In this document: piece by piece, positions 10,895 through 25,800 of the stretch
How positions within the stretch are numbered: the first letter of the stretch is position 1
How the letters are laid out: each line of letters opens with the position of its first letter
Assembly: GCF_902652985.1 (NCBI RefSeq)
Contig: NC_047030.1
Span: forward strand, 5,332,001-5,396,000
Length of the DNA stretch: 64,000 nucleotides
From: Pecten maximus
Taxonomy: Eukaryota
Reading direction: 5' to 3'
Made by a program: the position numbers and the translations under genes
The notes under the pieces: model-generated
Told to the model about the DNA's origin: nothing
Databases searched by the model: none
The model's input: the letters and a program-made list of their open reading frames with translations, nothing else

Positions 10895-13800
10895 CTGAAG
10901 CATATATTAATCCATAATAATATTAAGTATTAACACAATATATATACACAGTATTATGATATTTTTGACAAGAACTTACACCACATCATTACCATCAATA
11001 TTGCCCAACATTGCAAGCAATTTGATGTAACCTACCTTGCTTTGCCAATGTAAATCGAACTTGTTAATGTATTTAAGAGTTGCATTTCTGTTTACAAAAT
11101 TAGGGATATAGGGTGGGTGCCATAACATGCATACAGTTGGGAGAAAACTAAACTTGGTAGTCTAGTGCACTTCAGTGCACTACAAAAGTTAACTCCAGTT
11201 AACATCGTGGTGCACCTGAGTTAACATCGTAGTGCACTTGAGTTCACATCGTAGTGTTCTAGAGTTAACACTGTAGTGCACTGGAGTTCACATCGTAGTG
11301 CACTTGAGTTCACATCGTAGTGCACTAGAGTCAATACATACAAAGTAGTTTATATACAATGCATAATCTCTAGAACATATAAATGTTTCATTAAAACAAA
11401 ATTTCAAATATATATATACAGGGACTAGTCCATGTATATTGTGTGTGTTCATGATGGTGTGTACATTTTACTTTTATTTCAGATATGTTTATTACATGTA
11501 TATAAGTAATACATGTCACGTATTGGTAAATAGAATATACACAAAAACTGGCAAAATAAAGGTATCATATTACATTGATTCCACCCATTAATTCCACCCA
11601 GTACATCCATGCATTTACACTAAATTAAGATTAATTATAATTTAGGAAGCATGGAAAATACCAGTTTTGAAATTAAAATTAAATCGATCACCATCAAGCA
11701 ATATTGATTCTTCCTTCATTGAAACATATATTGTACATGCAACATAAATGTTATAGTTTGTATACCGTCAGGTATATAATCTTTCCAGACCAGGTAAATC
11801 ATACAAAATAGGATTATGATTGTTATTTTGTTGAAAGGTGTGAAAACACAGCCGAAGAATCTGGCACAAGGAGTCCAGCTGTTCTGGGCATGGCCAAAGG
11901 GCATTAAGCTTAATTAAGGGTTTACCTGTACAGGTACTGTACTAGTCATGCATGGCTACCCCTCCCCTAAACACTCATGTAATTATATATAACCAGTCCC
12001 CAATCTAATTTTTTTATCATATGTACCTAGTAAGTGTATACATTAGTTTCACCGTTAAAATTATTGATTATTATTGAGAAATAAAAATACTGGTTTGCAA
12101 GTTTATATAATATTATTATAAGACTTTCGAGATAATATTATAACGGTTTTTAAAATCCAAACAAAAACTTGTGAGTTAACCTGTAGTTTTGATAAGTGTC
12201 ACCAAGCTGTGTGTCATAGGGACCACAGAACCAAATCAAAAATAGAATGTGGGTTTTCCCCGTTTGGGCAGAAGATTTAATAGGAAGGTGAATACATCGG
12301 GGCCTACTGATTGGATATTTAGATGAGAGAAGTTTCCAAAGTTTTAATATGTGGGTTGGGCAATACATGTGGATGTAAAATATATAGAAAAACAGTTTTT
12401 TTGCTAGCCTGTTTTTGTCAGGGGGAGTTAAGTAAGTGTGTATTTTGTTGTTAATTTAGATGAATTTTGGTGCTGAATTCAATACAAGATGGTGGCCCCC
12501 ATATAAAAAAAGTTCAAATTGATAGAATTCTTTATAATTCCATTTAGAGGTTTCCGAGATGACATACTTCAAAATTATGGCTACTGGACCAGTGTTATAA
12601 ACTCCATTTAAGCAGTACAGTGATAAACGTTAACATTACCGTCTATGGGAAATCATTTGGTTCCGTGGTCCCTTAGAGTATGGGTCAAATCCAAGTGTCA
12701 AGAATTATAGTTACAGTCATGCTAGACCAAATGTCTGCATCGACTAGATCTTAAAAATAATAGGTAAAACGAATAGGTTTATAATTTGATTACTTTTTTC
12801 AGTACTTATTACATTATTATATTTATAAGATTATAAAAAACAAATGATTTTTTTCTATAGGGAAGTTAATTACTTATCGGTATTATTTTGCTGAAATGAT
12901 TGATTACAAAATGTTGCACTTGACTGACCACTTTGACATGGAATTTACCTGGTTTTCACTCAGGTATGACCATACAAGACCAAGGTGTGAAAATTGATCT
13001 GTTTGCTAGACCTTACCTATAATTATCCCCTATTGTTCTACTCTCACACCTGTAGTCTCACCCGACCAAGAAAATACTTTACCTGTATCGTAGCTCAGAA
13101 TGTCTTACCTGGTAAACGCTGGGTGTCATATATTGATCAATAAGAATGCAAGTTTATCAATACTTACATTTGAAGTTGGATTATTCACTTTGACTTTCTT
13201 TTTTGGTGGGGGAGAAGGGCACAACAAGGTACAACCGAGAAGCCACAGGGAGATTAACTTGTTCCTCAGTTTGAACTGTTTTCAAAATTATGTAACACGC
13301 GACTCAACTTAATACAGTTCTGTGAACAGTATACAATAGTAAACAGTGCTTGGTCAATTGTTTCATATTTTGTATCTACAGTAAACAAAATTGCTTTTGT
13401 TTTCACTGAATTTTCAGTTTCATTATTTAAATGACAATCAAAATGCAGTATTGCTAATTAGTATATGGATGAAATCTAAAATGATTTCTCATTTTATAAC
13501 AAACACGGCTTTCAATGGAGATTACTTATATATATTTAATTAGGTACTCCATAATTAATTAATAATTTAAATTTCATGAATATAACTATAATTATAACAT
13601 TGTATGTGAAGCTTTCAGGAAAATATATAAATTTGTTTGCTTATTCAATATAAAACAAATGATTAACATAAGTTGAGGGGAAGCTACATACTTTTACACT
13701 CAATGAATTATATAGTGCCACTTAATCCTAATAAAATCTTAACTGCAAGAGACTGATACCAGTCCGGTGCCCTTGGGGCGCCTAGACCACTGCCATTCAT

Positions 13801-16800
13801 ACCCGTTACATATTAATTACCCTGTGTGGTGTGGGTCACACATGATCAGGCAGGTTTCCCCAATTAACTCCAAGGGGTCCATTTATAGCAGGCATTATAC
13901 CGATACCTTATCTAACTATAGGTATCCTCTCATAATATGTAAGTTAATAATTGACAAGATGAATGTACCTGTAGTCAGGTTTTATTAATACATCATTTAC
14001 AAACATGAAATAAATATAAAATCAAACCACTAGAATGTCTGAGGATGGAACTTAAATATTTCATATTGTTTCAGCATAGTATTAAGAATACACATTTCCT
14101 GCATCTGGCATGGATTGAATTCCTCTGGCCTTTATACCTTAAGACTGACATTTTGACAGAATATATTATATAGTCTAAATAAGAAATCTCTCTGTCAGCA
14201 AGTCTAAATTAGTACTGAATCAGAAGGTTTAATTGTGCTACATTCACGAACATGGGTAGCTTTACCTTCAAAACTTGACTTGCACACATAATATACAACA
14301 CATCAAATCATATAGCTCATAACAACATTTACCCAAGAAGTTAAGTGCACATCTTAGTGCACTTGGATTAACATTGTAGTGCACTGGGGTTAACATCGTA
14401 GTGCACTGGAGTTAACATTGTAGTGCACTGGAGTTAACATCGTAGTGAACTCAAATACGTGTGCACTACGAAGTGCACTTGGTACCAAGTTTAGTTTGCT
14501 CCCAACTGTAGGTGCAGTATATTTTAATTAATAACGTAAAATTTGGGGTAGTAGAGTATCTATAACAGATATCTATTTAAATTTATTCATTTATTTTTTG
14601 TGTTTTTTTTTATGTGTGGTATGAGGGTCACATGAACGTCATATAAGTTTGTCATACCGGAGTTCTTCTCTGTATCTGTAGAACTGGAGGTGGTACCTGA
14701 GTGAAGAATAACACATCAATTGTTAACAAATGTATGCGCATTATATGCAATGTAATAGTGACGTTACTATCAGCACAGCTATATTAAAAATCTTAATCTC
14801 CATAGACATAATCCGATTGTAATTGTAATGAAAGCATGCGATTACATCACCAAAACACAAATGGGGAATATTTTTCAATACATTTTTCGTTTAATAAGAA
14901 GCCTGATAACACTTGTTAAGAAATTTTACCTATTTTTAAATGGAACTTTTTCCGCAAGTCTTTATTTGAGTCAAATGTCTTATAATGTTGAAAGATGCGC
15001 GTCGTGAAGTGATTTACCATTCTAACTAATAATTCATGAGACACATTCACATCTTTCGATTTCTAATGTGTAGCATTGCGGAAAGTGTTAGTTCAAATCC
15101 AGCAATGATCCAATTACTAACATAATAAGAATCAATATTACTAAAATATATTCCTTGAATAAAACAGTTATCATTTCTGAATTTAAAACACTAATTGAAT
15201 GTGATGTACTCATGTTAATTTAATGTACTTGTATATGAATTACTTCCTCCTTATATTTGATTAGTTCCATCACCGGTAATGCCTATTAAGTAAGACGTTT
15301 ATATTTCAAGCTGACCACCTTGGGCTTCAACAACTACTATCACCTAATTCTCTATACAAGTGAGGTGTCCTTCACTACATAAAAAGGGATATCAAGCAAT
15401 ATTTTTTCAATTCATGCTATTATTTAAAGTGACACATGGAATGTTTTGATTTCCTTTTGTCAGTTTAAATTTCCCATCTTTTTGCATTAGGTACAGACAA
15501 TACGTGTGGACGACAAATTAAACGTATGCATCTAGATTAATGTATTCACAAGTTAAATACCAAGTTACACTTTGATAGCATTTTAATTTGTACTTATCAT
15601 TGTGGAAAAATAAATATGGAACCGTAAATGATCGGCCTACTATAGAAATAGGATTCAATTTGCTTATACTACTCTGTTGCGGAAGGGATTTAACCGCCAT
15701 AGTTTCATTTCAAGTAGGACTTTAACATATTAGTTTTACCAACAATATTTGTAATACAAAATGCGCTACTTTGACAGAAAATAATCTCACTGTTATTTAT
15801 CAACTTAAATCACACCCAATTATTATTAGGATGAAAACAGTGTCAATTATATTACATCTTTTACATCACAAAATCTCATTAATCTTTGCATTTCAAGTTT
15901 TTGAACTTTTTAGTTATCATCAATGCATTATACTATAAACTTTCATGGCAAATAAATCCAAAGGGTTAACGAAAGAAGGAATATATGAAACACTAAAACA
16001 GCAATCAACAATTCCTGTAGATGAAACTGGGATAGCGTTAGTTGACTATGACATCCAGCAATTATCGAAAAACAATTAATGTATGATTCGTCACCCAGTC
16101 TAGCATATTATGTGGATGCAAAAAAAACCCTACTTCATAAGCATCGTTAATGTTAAATGCTTGTACTAAAAGTAGGCATACATCAAAATAGTTAATGAAT
16201 CATTCTCAAACAGATGATATAGAAAGCGCGAGGATTTATTAGGAGGTTGCCAAAAAATGCATAGCTGCAGTATATTTTAATTAATAACGTAAAATTTGGG
16301 GTAGTAGAGTATCTATAATAGATATCTATATAAATTTATTCATTTATTTTTTGTGTTTTTTTTATGTGTGGTATGATGGTCACATGAACGTCATATAAGT
16401 TGGTCTTACCGGAGTTCTTCCCTGTATCTGTAGAACTGGAGGTGGTACCTGAGTGAAGAATAACACATCAATTGTTAACAAATGTATGCGCATTATATGC
16501 AATGTAATAGTGACGTTACTATCAGCACAGCTATATCAAAAATCATTACATGGGTGCATATGAATCTTTCCGTTCGGTTATTTATCTGCGATGGTCAGAT
16601 ATATCAATTCTTATAACCAAATAAAACCACATATTTAATCGAATTCTTTTAGAAAAAAATACTATGGGTTGATCGATTTATCATCTAACTAAATGTAATG
16701 TACTGCTGTATGAAATACCTCCTCCTTGTACTTGACTGGTTCCATCGCCAGTGTTACCAGTAAAGTAAGACGTTAATATGTCATATTGACCAACGAGGGT

Positions 16801-19800
16801 TGTAACCCAAATGCGCTGTTTTGACAGTAACTAATCTCATTTTGCGTTTCTTCATCTCCATAGACATAATCCGATTGTAATTGTAATGAAAACATGCGAT
16901 TACATCACCAAAACACAAATGGGGAATATTTCTCAATAATTTTCTCGTTTAATAAGAAGCATGATAAGACTTGTTCAGTAATTTTGCCTATTTTTACATG
17001 GAACTTTTTCTGCAAGTCTTTATTTGAGTCAAATGTCTTATAATGTTGAAAGATGCGCGTCGTGAAGTGATTTACCATTCTAACTAATAATTCATGAGAC
17101 ACATTCACATCTTTCGATTTCTAATGTGTAGCATTGCGGAAAGTGTTAGTTCAAATCCAGCAATGATCCAATTACTAACATAATAAGAATCAATATTACT
17201 AAAATATATTCCTTGAATAAAACAGTTATCATTTCTGAATTTAAAACACTAATTGAATGTGATGTACTCATGTTAATTTAATGTACTTGTATATGAATTA
17301 CTTCCTCCTTATATTTGATTAGTTTCATCACCGGTAATGCCTATTAAGTAAGACGTTTATATTTCAAGCTGACCACCTTGGGCTTCAACAACTACTATCA
17401 CCTAATTCTCTATACAAGTGAGGTGTCCTTCACTACATAAAAAGGGATATCAAGCAATATTTTTTCAATTCATGCTATTAATAAAAATTGACACATAAAA
17501 TGTTTTGATTTCCTTTTGTCAGTTTAAATTTCCCATCTTTTTGCATTAGGTACAGACAATACGTGTGGACGACAAAGTAAACGTATGCATCTAGATTAAT
17601 GTATTCACAAGTTAAATACCAAGTTACACTTTGATAGCATTTTAATTTGTACTTATCATTGTGGAAAAATAAATATGGAACCGTAAATGATCGGCCTACT
17701 ATAGAAATAGGATTCAATTTGCTAATACTACTCTGTTGCGGAAGGGATTTAACCGCCATAGTTTCATTTCAAGTAGGACTTTAACATATTAGTTTTACCA
17801 ACAATATTTGTAATACAAAATGCGCTACTTTGACAGAAAATAATCTCACTGTTATTCATCAACTTAAATCACACCCAATTATTATTCGGATGAAAACAGT
17901 GTCAATTTTATTACATCTTTTACATCACAAAATCTCATTAATCTTTGCATTTCAAGTTTTTGATTTTTTTAGTTATCATCAATGCATTATACTATAAACT
18001 TTCATGGCAAATAAATCCAAAGGGTTAACGAAAGAAGGAATATATGAAACACTAAAACAGCAATCAACAATTCCTGTAGATGAAACTGGGATAGCGTTAG
18101 TTGACTATGACATCCAGCAATTATCGAAAAACAATTAATGTATGATTCGTCACCCAGTCTAGCATATTATGTGGATGCAAAAAAAACCCCTACTTCATAA
18201 GCATTGTTAATGTTAAATGCTTGTACTAAAAGTAGGCATACATCAAAATAGTTAATGAATCATTCTCAAACAGATGATATAGAAAGCGCGAGGATTTATT
18301 AGGAGGTTGCCAAAAAATGCATAGCTGCAGTATATTTTAATTAATAACGTAAAATTTGGGGTAGTAGAGTATCTATAATAGATATCTATATAAATTTATT
18401 CATTTATTTTTTGTGTTTTTTAGGTGTGGTATGATGGTCACATGAACGTCATATAAGTTGGTCTTACCGGAGTTCTTCCCTGTATCTGTAGAACTGGAGG
18501 TGGTACCTGAGTGAAGAATAACACATAAATTGTTAACAAATGTATGCGCATTATATGCAATGTAATAGTGACGTTACTATCAGCACAGCTATATCAAAAA
18601 TCATTACATGGGTGCATATGAATCTTTCCGTTCGGTTATTTATCTGCGATGGTCAGATATATCAATTCTTATAACCAAATAAAACCACATATTTAATCGA
18701 ATTCTTTTAGAAAAAAATACTATGGGTTGATCGATTTATCATCTAACTAAATGTAATGTACTGCTGTATGAAATACCTCCTCCTTGTACTTGACTGGTTC
18801 CATCGCCAGTGTTACCAGTAAAGTAAGACGTTAATATGTCATATTGACCAACGAGGGTTGTAACCCAAATGCGCTGTTTTGACAGTAACTAATCTCATTT
18901 TGCGTTTCTTCATCTCCATAGACATAATCCGATTGTAATTGTAATGAAAACATGCGATTACATCACCAAAACACAAATGGGGAATATTTTTCAATAATTT
19001 TCTCGTTTAATAAGAAGCATGATAAGACTTGTTCAGTAATTTTGCCTATTTTTACATGGAACTTTTTCTGCAAGTCTTTATTTGAGTCAAATGTCTTATA
19101 ATGTTGAAAGATGCGCGTCGTGAAGTGATTTACCATTCTAACTAATAATTCATGAGACACATTCACATCTTTCGATTTCTAATGTGTAGCATTGCGGAAA
19201 GTGTTAGTTCAAATCCAGCAATGATCCAATTACTAACATAATAAGAATCAATATTACTAAAATATATTCCTTGAATAAAACAGTTATCATTTCTGAATTT
19301 AAAACACTAATTGAATGTGATGTACTCATGTTAATTTAATGTACTTGTATATGAATTACTTCCTCCTTATATTTGATTAGTTCCATCACCGGTAATGCCT
19401 ATTAAGTAAGACGTTTATATTTCAAGCTGACCACCTTGGGCTTCAACAACTACTATCACCTAATTCTCTATACAAGTGAGGTGTCCTTCACTACATAAAA
19501 AGGGATATCAAGCAATATTTTTTCAATTCATGCTATTAATAAAAATTGACACATAAAATGTTTTGATTTCCTTTTGTCAGTTTAAATTTCCCATCTTTTT
19601 GCATTAGGTACAGACAATACGTGTGGACGACAAAGTAAACGTATGCATCTAGATTAATGTATTCACAAGTTAAATACCAAGTTACACTTTGATAGCATTT
19701 TAATTTGTACTTATCATTGTGGAAAAATAAATATGGAACCGTAAATGATCGGCCTACTATAGAAATAGGATTCAATTTGCTAATACTACTCTGTTGCGGA

Positions 19801-22800
19801 AGGGATTTAACCGCCATAGTTTCATTTCAAGTAGGACTTTAACATATTAGTTTTACCAACAATATTTGTAATACAAAATGCGCTACTTTGACAGAAAATA
19901 ATCTCACTGTTATTCATCAACTTAAATCACACCCAATTATTATTCGGATGAAAACAGTGTCAATTTTATTACATCTTTTACATCACAAAATCTCATTAAT
20001 CTTTGCATTTCAAGTTTTTGATTTTTTTAGTTATCATCAATGCATTATACTATAAACTTTCATGGCAAATAAATCCAAAGGGTTAACGAAAGAAGGAATA
20101 TATGAAACACTAAAACAGCAATCAACAATTCCTGTAGATGAAACTGGGATAGCGTTAGTTGACTATGACATCCAGCAATTATCGAAAAACAATTAATGTA
20201 TGATTCGTCACCCAGTCTAGCATATTATGTGGATGCAAAAAAAACCCTACTTCATAAGCATCGTTAATGTTAAATGCTTGTACTAAAAGTAGGCATACAT
20301 CAAAATAGTTAATGAATCATTCTCAAACAGATGATATAGAAAGCGCGAGGATTTATTAGGAGGTTGCCAAAAAATGCATAGCTGCAGTATATTTTAATTA
20401 ATAACGTAAAATTTGGGGTAGTAGAGTATCTATAATAGATATCTATATAAATTTATTCATTTATTTTTTGTGTTTTTTTATGTGTGGTATGATGGTCACA
20501 TGAACGTCATATAAGTTGGTCTTACCGGAGTTCTTCCCTGTATCTGTAGAACTGGAGGTGGTACCTGAGTGAAGAATAACACATCAATTGTTAACAAATG
20601 TATGCGCATTATATGCAATGTAATAGTGACGTTACTATCAGCACAGCTATATCAAAAATCATTACATGGGTGCATATGAATCTTTCCGTTCGGTTATTTA
20701 TCTGCGATGGTCAGATATGTCAATTCTTATAACCAAATAAAACCACATATTTAATCGAATTCTTTTAGAAAAAAATACTATGGGTTGATCGATTTATCAT
20801 CTAACTAAATGTAATGTACTGCTGTATGAAATACCTCCTCCTTGTACTTGACTGGTTCCATCGCCAGTGTTACCAGTAAAGTAAGACGTTAATATGTCAT
20901 ATTGACCAACGAGGGTTGTAACCCAAATGCGCTGTTTTGACAGTAACTAATCTCATTTTGCGTTTCTTCATCTCCATAGACATAATCCGATTGTAATTGT
21001 AATGAAAACATGCGATTACATCACCAAAACACAAATGGGGAATATTTTTCAATAATTTTCTCGTTTAATAAGAAGCATGATAAGACTTGTTCAGTAATTT
21101 TGCCTATTTTTACATGGAACTTTTTCTGCAAGTCTTTATTTGAGTCAAATGTCTTATAATGTTGAAAGATGCGCGTCGTGAAGTGATTTACCATTCTAAC
21201 TAATAATTCATGAGACACATTCACATCTTTCGATTTCTAATGTGTAGCATTGCGGAAAGTGTTAGTTCAAATCCAGCAATGATCCAATTACTAACATAAT
21301 AAGAATCAATATTACTAAAATATATTCCTTGAATAAAACAGTTATCATTTCTGAATTTAAAACACTAATTGAATGTGATGTACTCATGTTAATTTAATGT
21401 ACTTGTATATGAATTACTTCCTCCTTATATTTGATTAGTTCCATCACCGGTAATGCCTATTAAGTAAGACGTTTATATTTCAAGCTGACCACCTTGGGCT
21501 TCAACAACTACTATCACCTAATTCTCTATACAAGTGAGGTGTCCTTCACTACATAAAAAGGGATATCAAGCAATATTTTTTCAATTCATGCTATTAATAA
21601 AAATTGACACATAAAATGTTTTGATTTCCTTTTGTCAGTTTAAATTTCCCATCTTTTTGCATTAGGTACAGACAATACGTGTGGACGACAAAGTAAACGT
21701 ATGCATCTAGATTAATGTATTCACAAGTTAAATACCAAGTTACACTTTGATAGCATTTTAATTTGTACTTATCATTGTGGAAAAATAAATATGGAACCGT
21801 AAATGATCGGCCTACTATAGAAATAGGATTCAATTTGCTAATACTACTCTGTTGCGGAAGGGATTTAACCGCCATAGTTTCATTTCAAGTAGGACTTTAA
21901 CATATTAGTTTTACCAACAATATTTGTAATACAAAATGCGCTACTTTGACAGAAAATAATCTCACTGTTATTCATCAACTTAAATCACACCCAATTGTTA
22001 TTCGGATGAAAACAGTGTCAATTTTATTACATCTTTTACATCACAAAATCTCATTAATCTTTGCATTTCAAGTTTTTGATTTTTTTAGTTATCATCAATG
22101 CATTATACTATAAACTTTCATGGCAAATAAATCCAAAGGGTTAACGAAAGAAGGAATATATGAAACACTAAAACAGCAATCAACAATTCCTGTAGATGAA
22201 ACTGGGATAGCGTTAGTTGACTATGACATCCAGCAATTATCGAAAAACAATTAATGTATGATTCGTCACCCAGTCTAGCATATTATGTGGATGCAAAAAA
22301 AAACCCTACTTCATAAGCATCGTTAATGTTAAATGCTTGTACTAAAAGTAGGCATACATCAAAATAGTTAATGAATCATTCTCAAACAGATGATATAGAA
22401 AGCGCGAGGATTTATTAGGAGGTTGCCAAAAAATGCATAGCTGCAGTATATTTTAATTAATAACGTAAAATTTGGGGTAGTAGAGTATCTATAATAGATA
22501 TCTATATAAATTTATTCATTTATTTTTTGTGTTTTTTATGTGTGGTATGATGGTCACATGAACGTCATATAAGTTGGTCTTACCGGAGTTCTTCCCTGTA
22601 TCTGTAGAACTGGAGGTGGTACCTGAGTGAAGAATAACACATCAATTGTTAACAAATGTATGCGCATTATATGCAATGTAATAGTGACGTTACTATCAGC
22701 ACAGCTATATCAAAAATCATTACATGGGTGCATATGAATCTTTCCGTTCGGTTATTTATCTGCGATGGTCAGATATATCAATTCTTATAACCAAATAAAA

Positions 22801-25800
22801 CCACATATTTAATCGAATTCTTTTAGAAAAAAATACTATGGGTTGATCGATTTATCATCTAACTAAATGTAATGTACTGCTGTATGAAATACCTCCTCCT
22901 TGTACTTGACTGGTTCCATCGCCAGTGTTACCAGTAAAGTAAGACGTTAATATGTCATATTGACCAACGAGGGTTGTAACCCAAATGCGCTGTTTTGACA
23001 GTAACTAATCTCATTTTGCGTTTCTTCATCTCCATAGACATAATCCGATTGTAATTGTAATGAAAACATGCGATTACATCACCAAAACACAAATGGGGAA
23101 TATTTTTCAATAATTTTCTCGTTTAATAAGAAGCATGATAAGACTTGTTCAGTAATTTTGCCTATTTTTACATGGAACTTTTTCTGCAAGTCTTTATTTG
23201 AGTCAAATGTCTTATAATGTTGAAAGATGCGCGTCGTGAAGTGATTTACCATTCTAACTAATAATTCATGAGACACATTCACATCTTTCGATTTCTAATG
23301 TGTAGCATTGCGGAAAGTGTTAGTTCAAATCCAGCAATGATCCAATTACTAACATAATAAGAATCAATATTACTAAAATATATTCCTTGAATAAAACAGT
23401 TATCATTTCTGAATTTAAAACACTAATTGAATGTGATGTACTCATGTTAATTTAATGTACTTGTATATGAATTACTTCCTTCTTATATTTGATTAGTTCC
23501 ATCACCGGTAATGCCTATTAAGTAAGACGTTTATATTTCAAGCTGACCACCTTGGGCTTCAACAACTACTATCACCTTAATATCTATACAAGTGAGGTGT
23601 CCTTCACTACATAAAAAGGGATATCAAGCAATATTTTTTCAATTCATGCTATTATTAAAAGTGACACATAAAATGTTTTGATTTCCTTTTGTCAGTTTAA
23701 ATTTCCCATCTTTTTGCATTAGGTACAGACAATACGTGTGGACGACAAAGTAAACGTATGCATCTAGATTAATGTATTCACAAGTTAAATACCAAGTTAC
23801 ACTTTGATAGCATTTTAATTTGTACTTATCATTGTGGAAAAATAAATATGGAACCGTAAATGATCGGCCTACTATAGAAATAGGATTCAATTTGCTAATA
23901 CTACTCTGTTGCGGAAGGGATTTAACCGCCATAGTTTCATTTCAAGTAGGACTTTAACATATTAGTTTTACCAACAATATTTGTAATACAAAATGCGCTA
24001 CTTTGACAGAAAATAATCTCACTGTTATTCATCAACTTAAATCACACCCAATTATTATTAGGATGAAAACAGTGTCAATTTTATTACATCTTTTACATCA
24101 CAAAATCTCATTAATCTTTGCATTTCAAGTTTTTGATTTTTTTAGTTATCATCAATGCATTATACTATAAACTTTCATGGCAAATAAATCCAAAGGGTTA
24201 ACGAAAGAAGGAATATATGAAACACTAAAACAGCAATCAACAATTCCTGTAGATGAAACTCGGATAGCGTTAGTTGACTATGACATCCAGCAATTATCGA
24301 AAAACAATTAATGTATGATTCGTCACCCAGTCTAGCATATTATGTGGATGCAAAAAAAACCCTACTTCATAAGCATCGTTAATGTTAAATGCTTGTACTA
24401 AAAGTAGGCATACATCAAAATAGTTAATGAATCATTCTCAAACAGATGATATAGAAAGCGCGAGGATTTATTAGGAGGTTGCCAAAAAATGCATAGCTGC
24501 AGTATATTTTAATTAATAACGTAAAATTTGGGGTAGTAGAGTATCTATAATAGATATCTATATAAATTTATTCATTTATTTTTTGTGTTTTTTTATGTGT
24601 GGTATGATGGTCACATGAACGTCATATAAGTTGGTCTTACCGGAGTTCTTCCCTGTATCTGTAGAACTGGAGGTGGTACCTGAGTGAAGAATAACACATC
24701 AATTGTTAACAAATGTATGCGCATTATATGCAATGTAATAGTGACGTTACTATCAGCACAGCTATATCAAAAATCATTACATGGGTGCATATGAATCTTT
24801 CCGTTCGGTTATTTATCTGCGATGGTCAGATATGTCAATTCTTATAACCAAATAAAACCACATATTTAATCGAATTCTTTTAGAAAAAAATACTATGGGT
24901 TGATCGATTTATCATCTAACTAAATGTAATGTACTGCTGTATGAAATACCTCCTCCTTGTACTTGACTGGTTCCATCGCCAGTGTTACCAGTAAAGTAAG
25001 ACGTTAATATGTCATATTGACCAACGAGGGTTGTAACCCAAATGCGCTGTTTTGACAGTAACTAATCTCATTTTGCGTTTCTTCATCTCCATAGACATAA
25101 TCCGATTGTAATTGTAATGAAAACATGCGATTACATCACCAAAACACAAATGGGGAATATTTTTCAATAATTTTCTCGTTTAATAAGAAGCATGATAAGA
25201 CTTGTTCAGTAATTTTGCCTATTTTTACATGGAACTTTTTCTGCAAGTCTTTATTTGAGTCAAATGTCTTATAATGTTGAAAGATGCGCGTCGTGAAGTG
25301 ATTTACCATTCTAACTAATAATTCATGAGACACATTCACATCTTTCGATTTCTAATGTGTAGCATTGCGGAAAGTGTTAGTTCAAATCCAGCAATGATCC
25401 AATTACTAACATAATAAGAATCAATATTACTAAAATATATTCCTTGAATAAAACAGTTATCATTTCTGAATTTAAAACACTAATTGAATGTGATGTACTC
25501 ATGTTAATTTAATGTACTTGTATATGAATTACTTCCTCCTTATATTTGATTAGTTCCATCACCGGTAATGCCTATTAAGTAAGACGTTTATATTTCAAGC
25601 TGACCACCTTGGGCTTCAACAACTACTATCACCTAATTCTCTATACAAGTGAGGTGTCCTTCACTACATAAAAAGGGATATCAAGCAATATTTTTTCAAT
25701 TCATGCTATTATTAAAAGTGACACATAAAATGTTTTGATTTCCTTTTGTCAGTTTAAATTTCCCATCTTTTTGCATTAGGTACAGACAATACGTGTGGAC

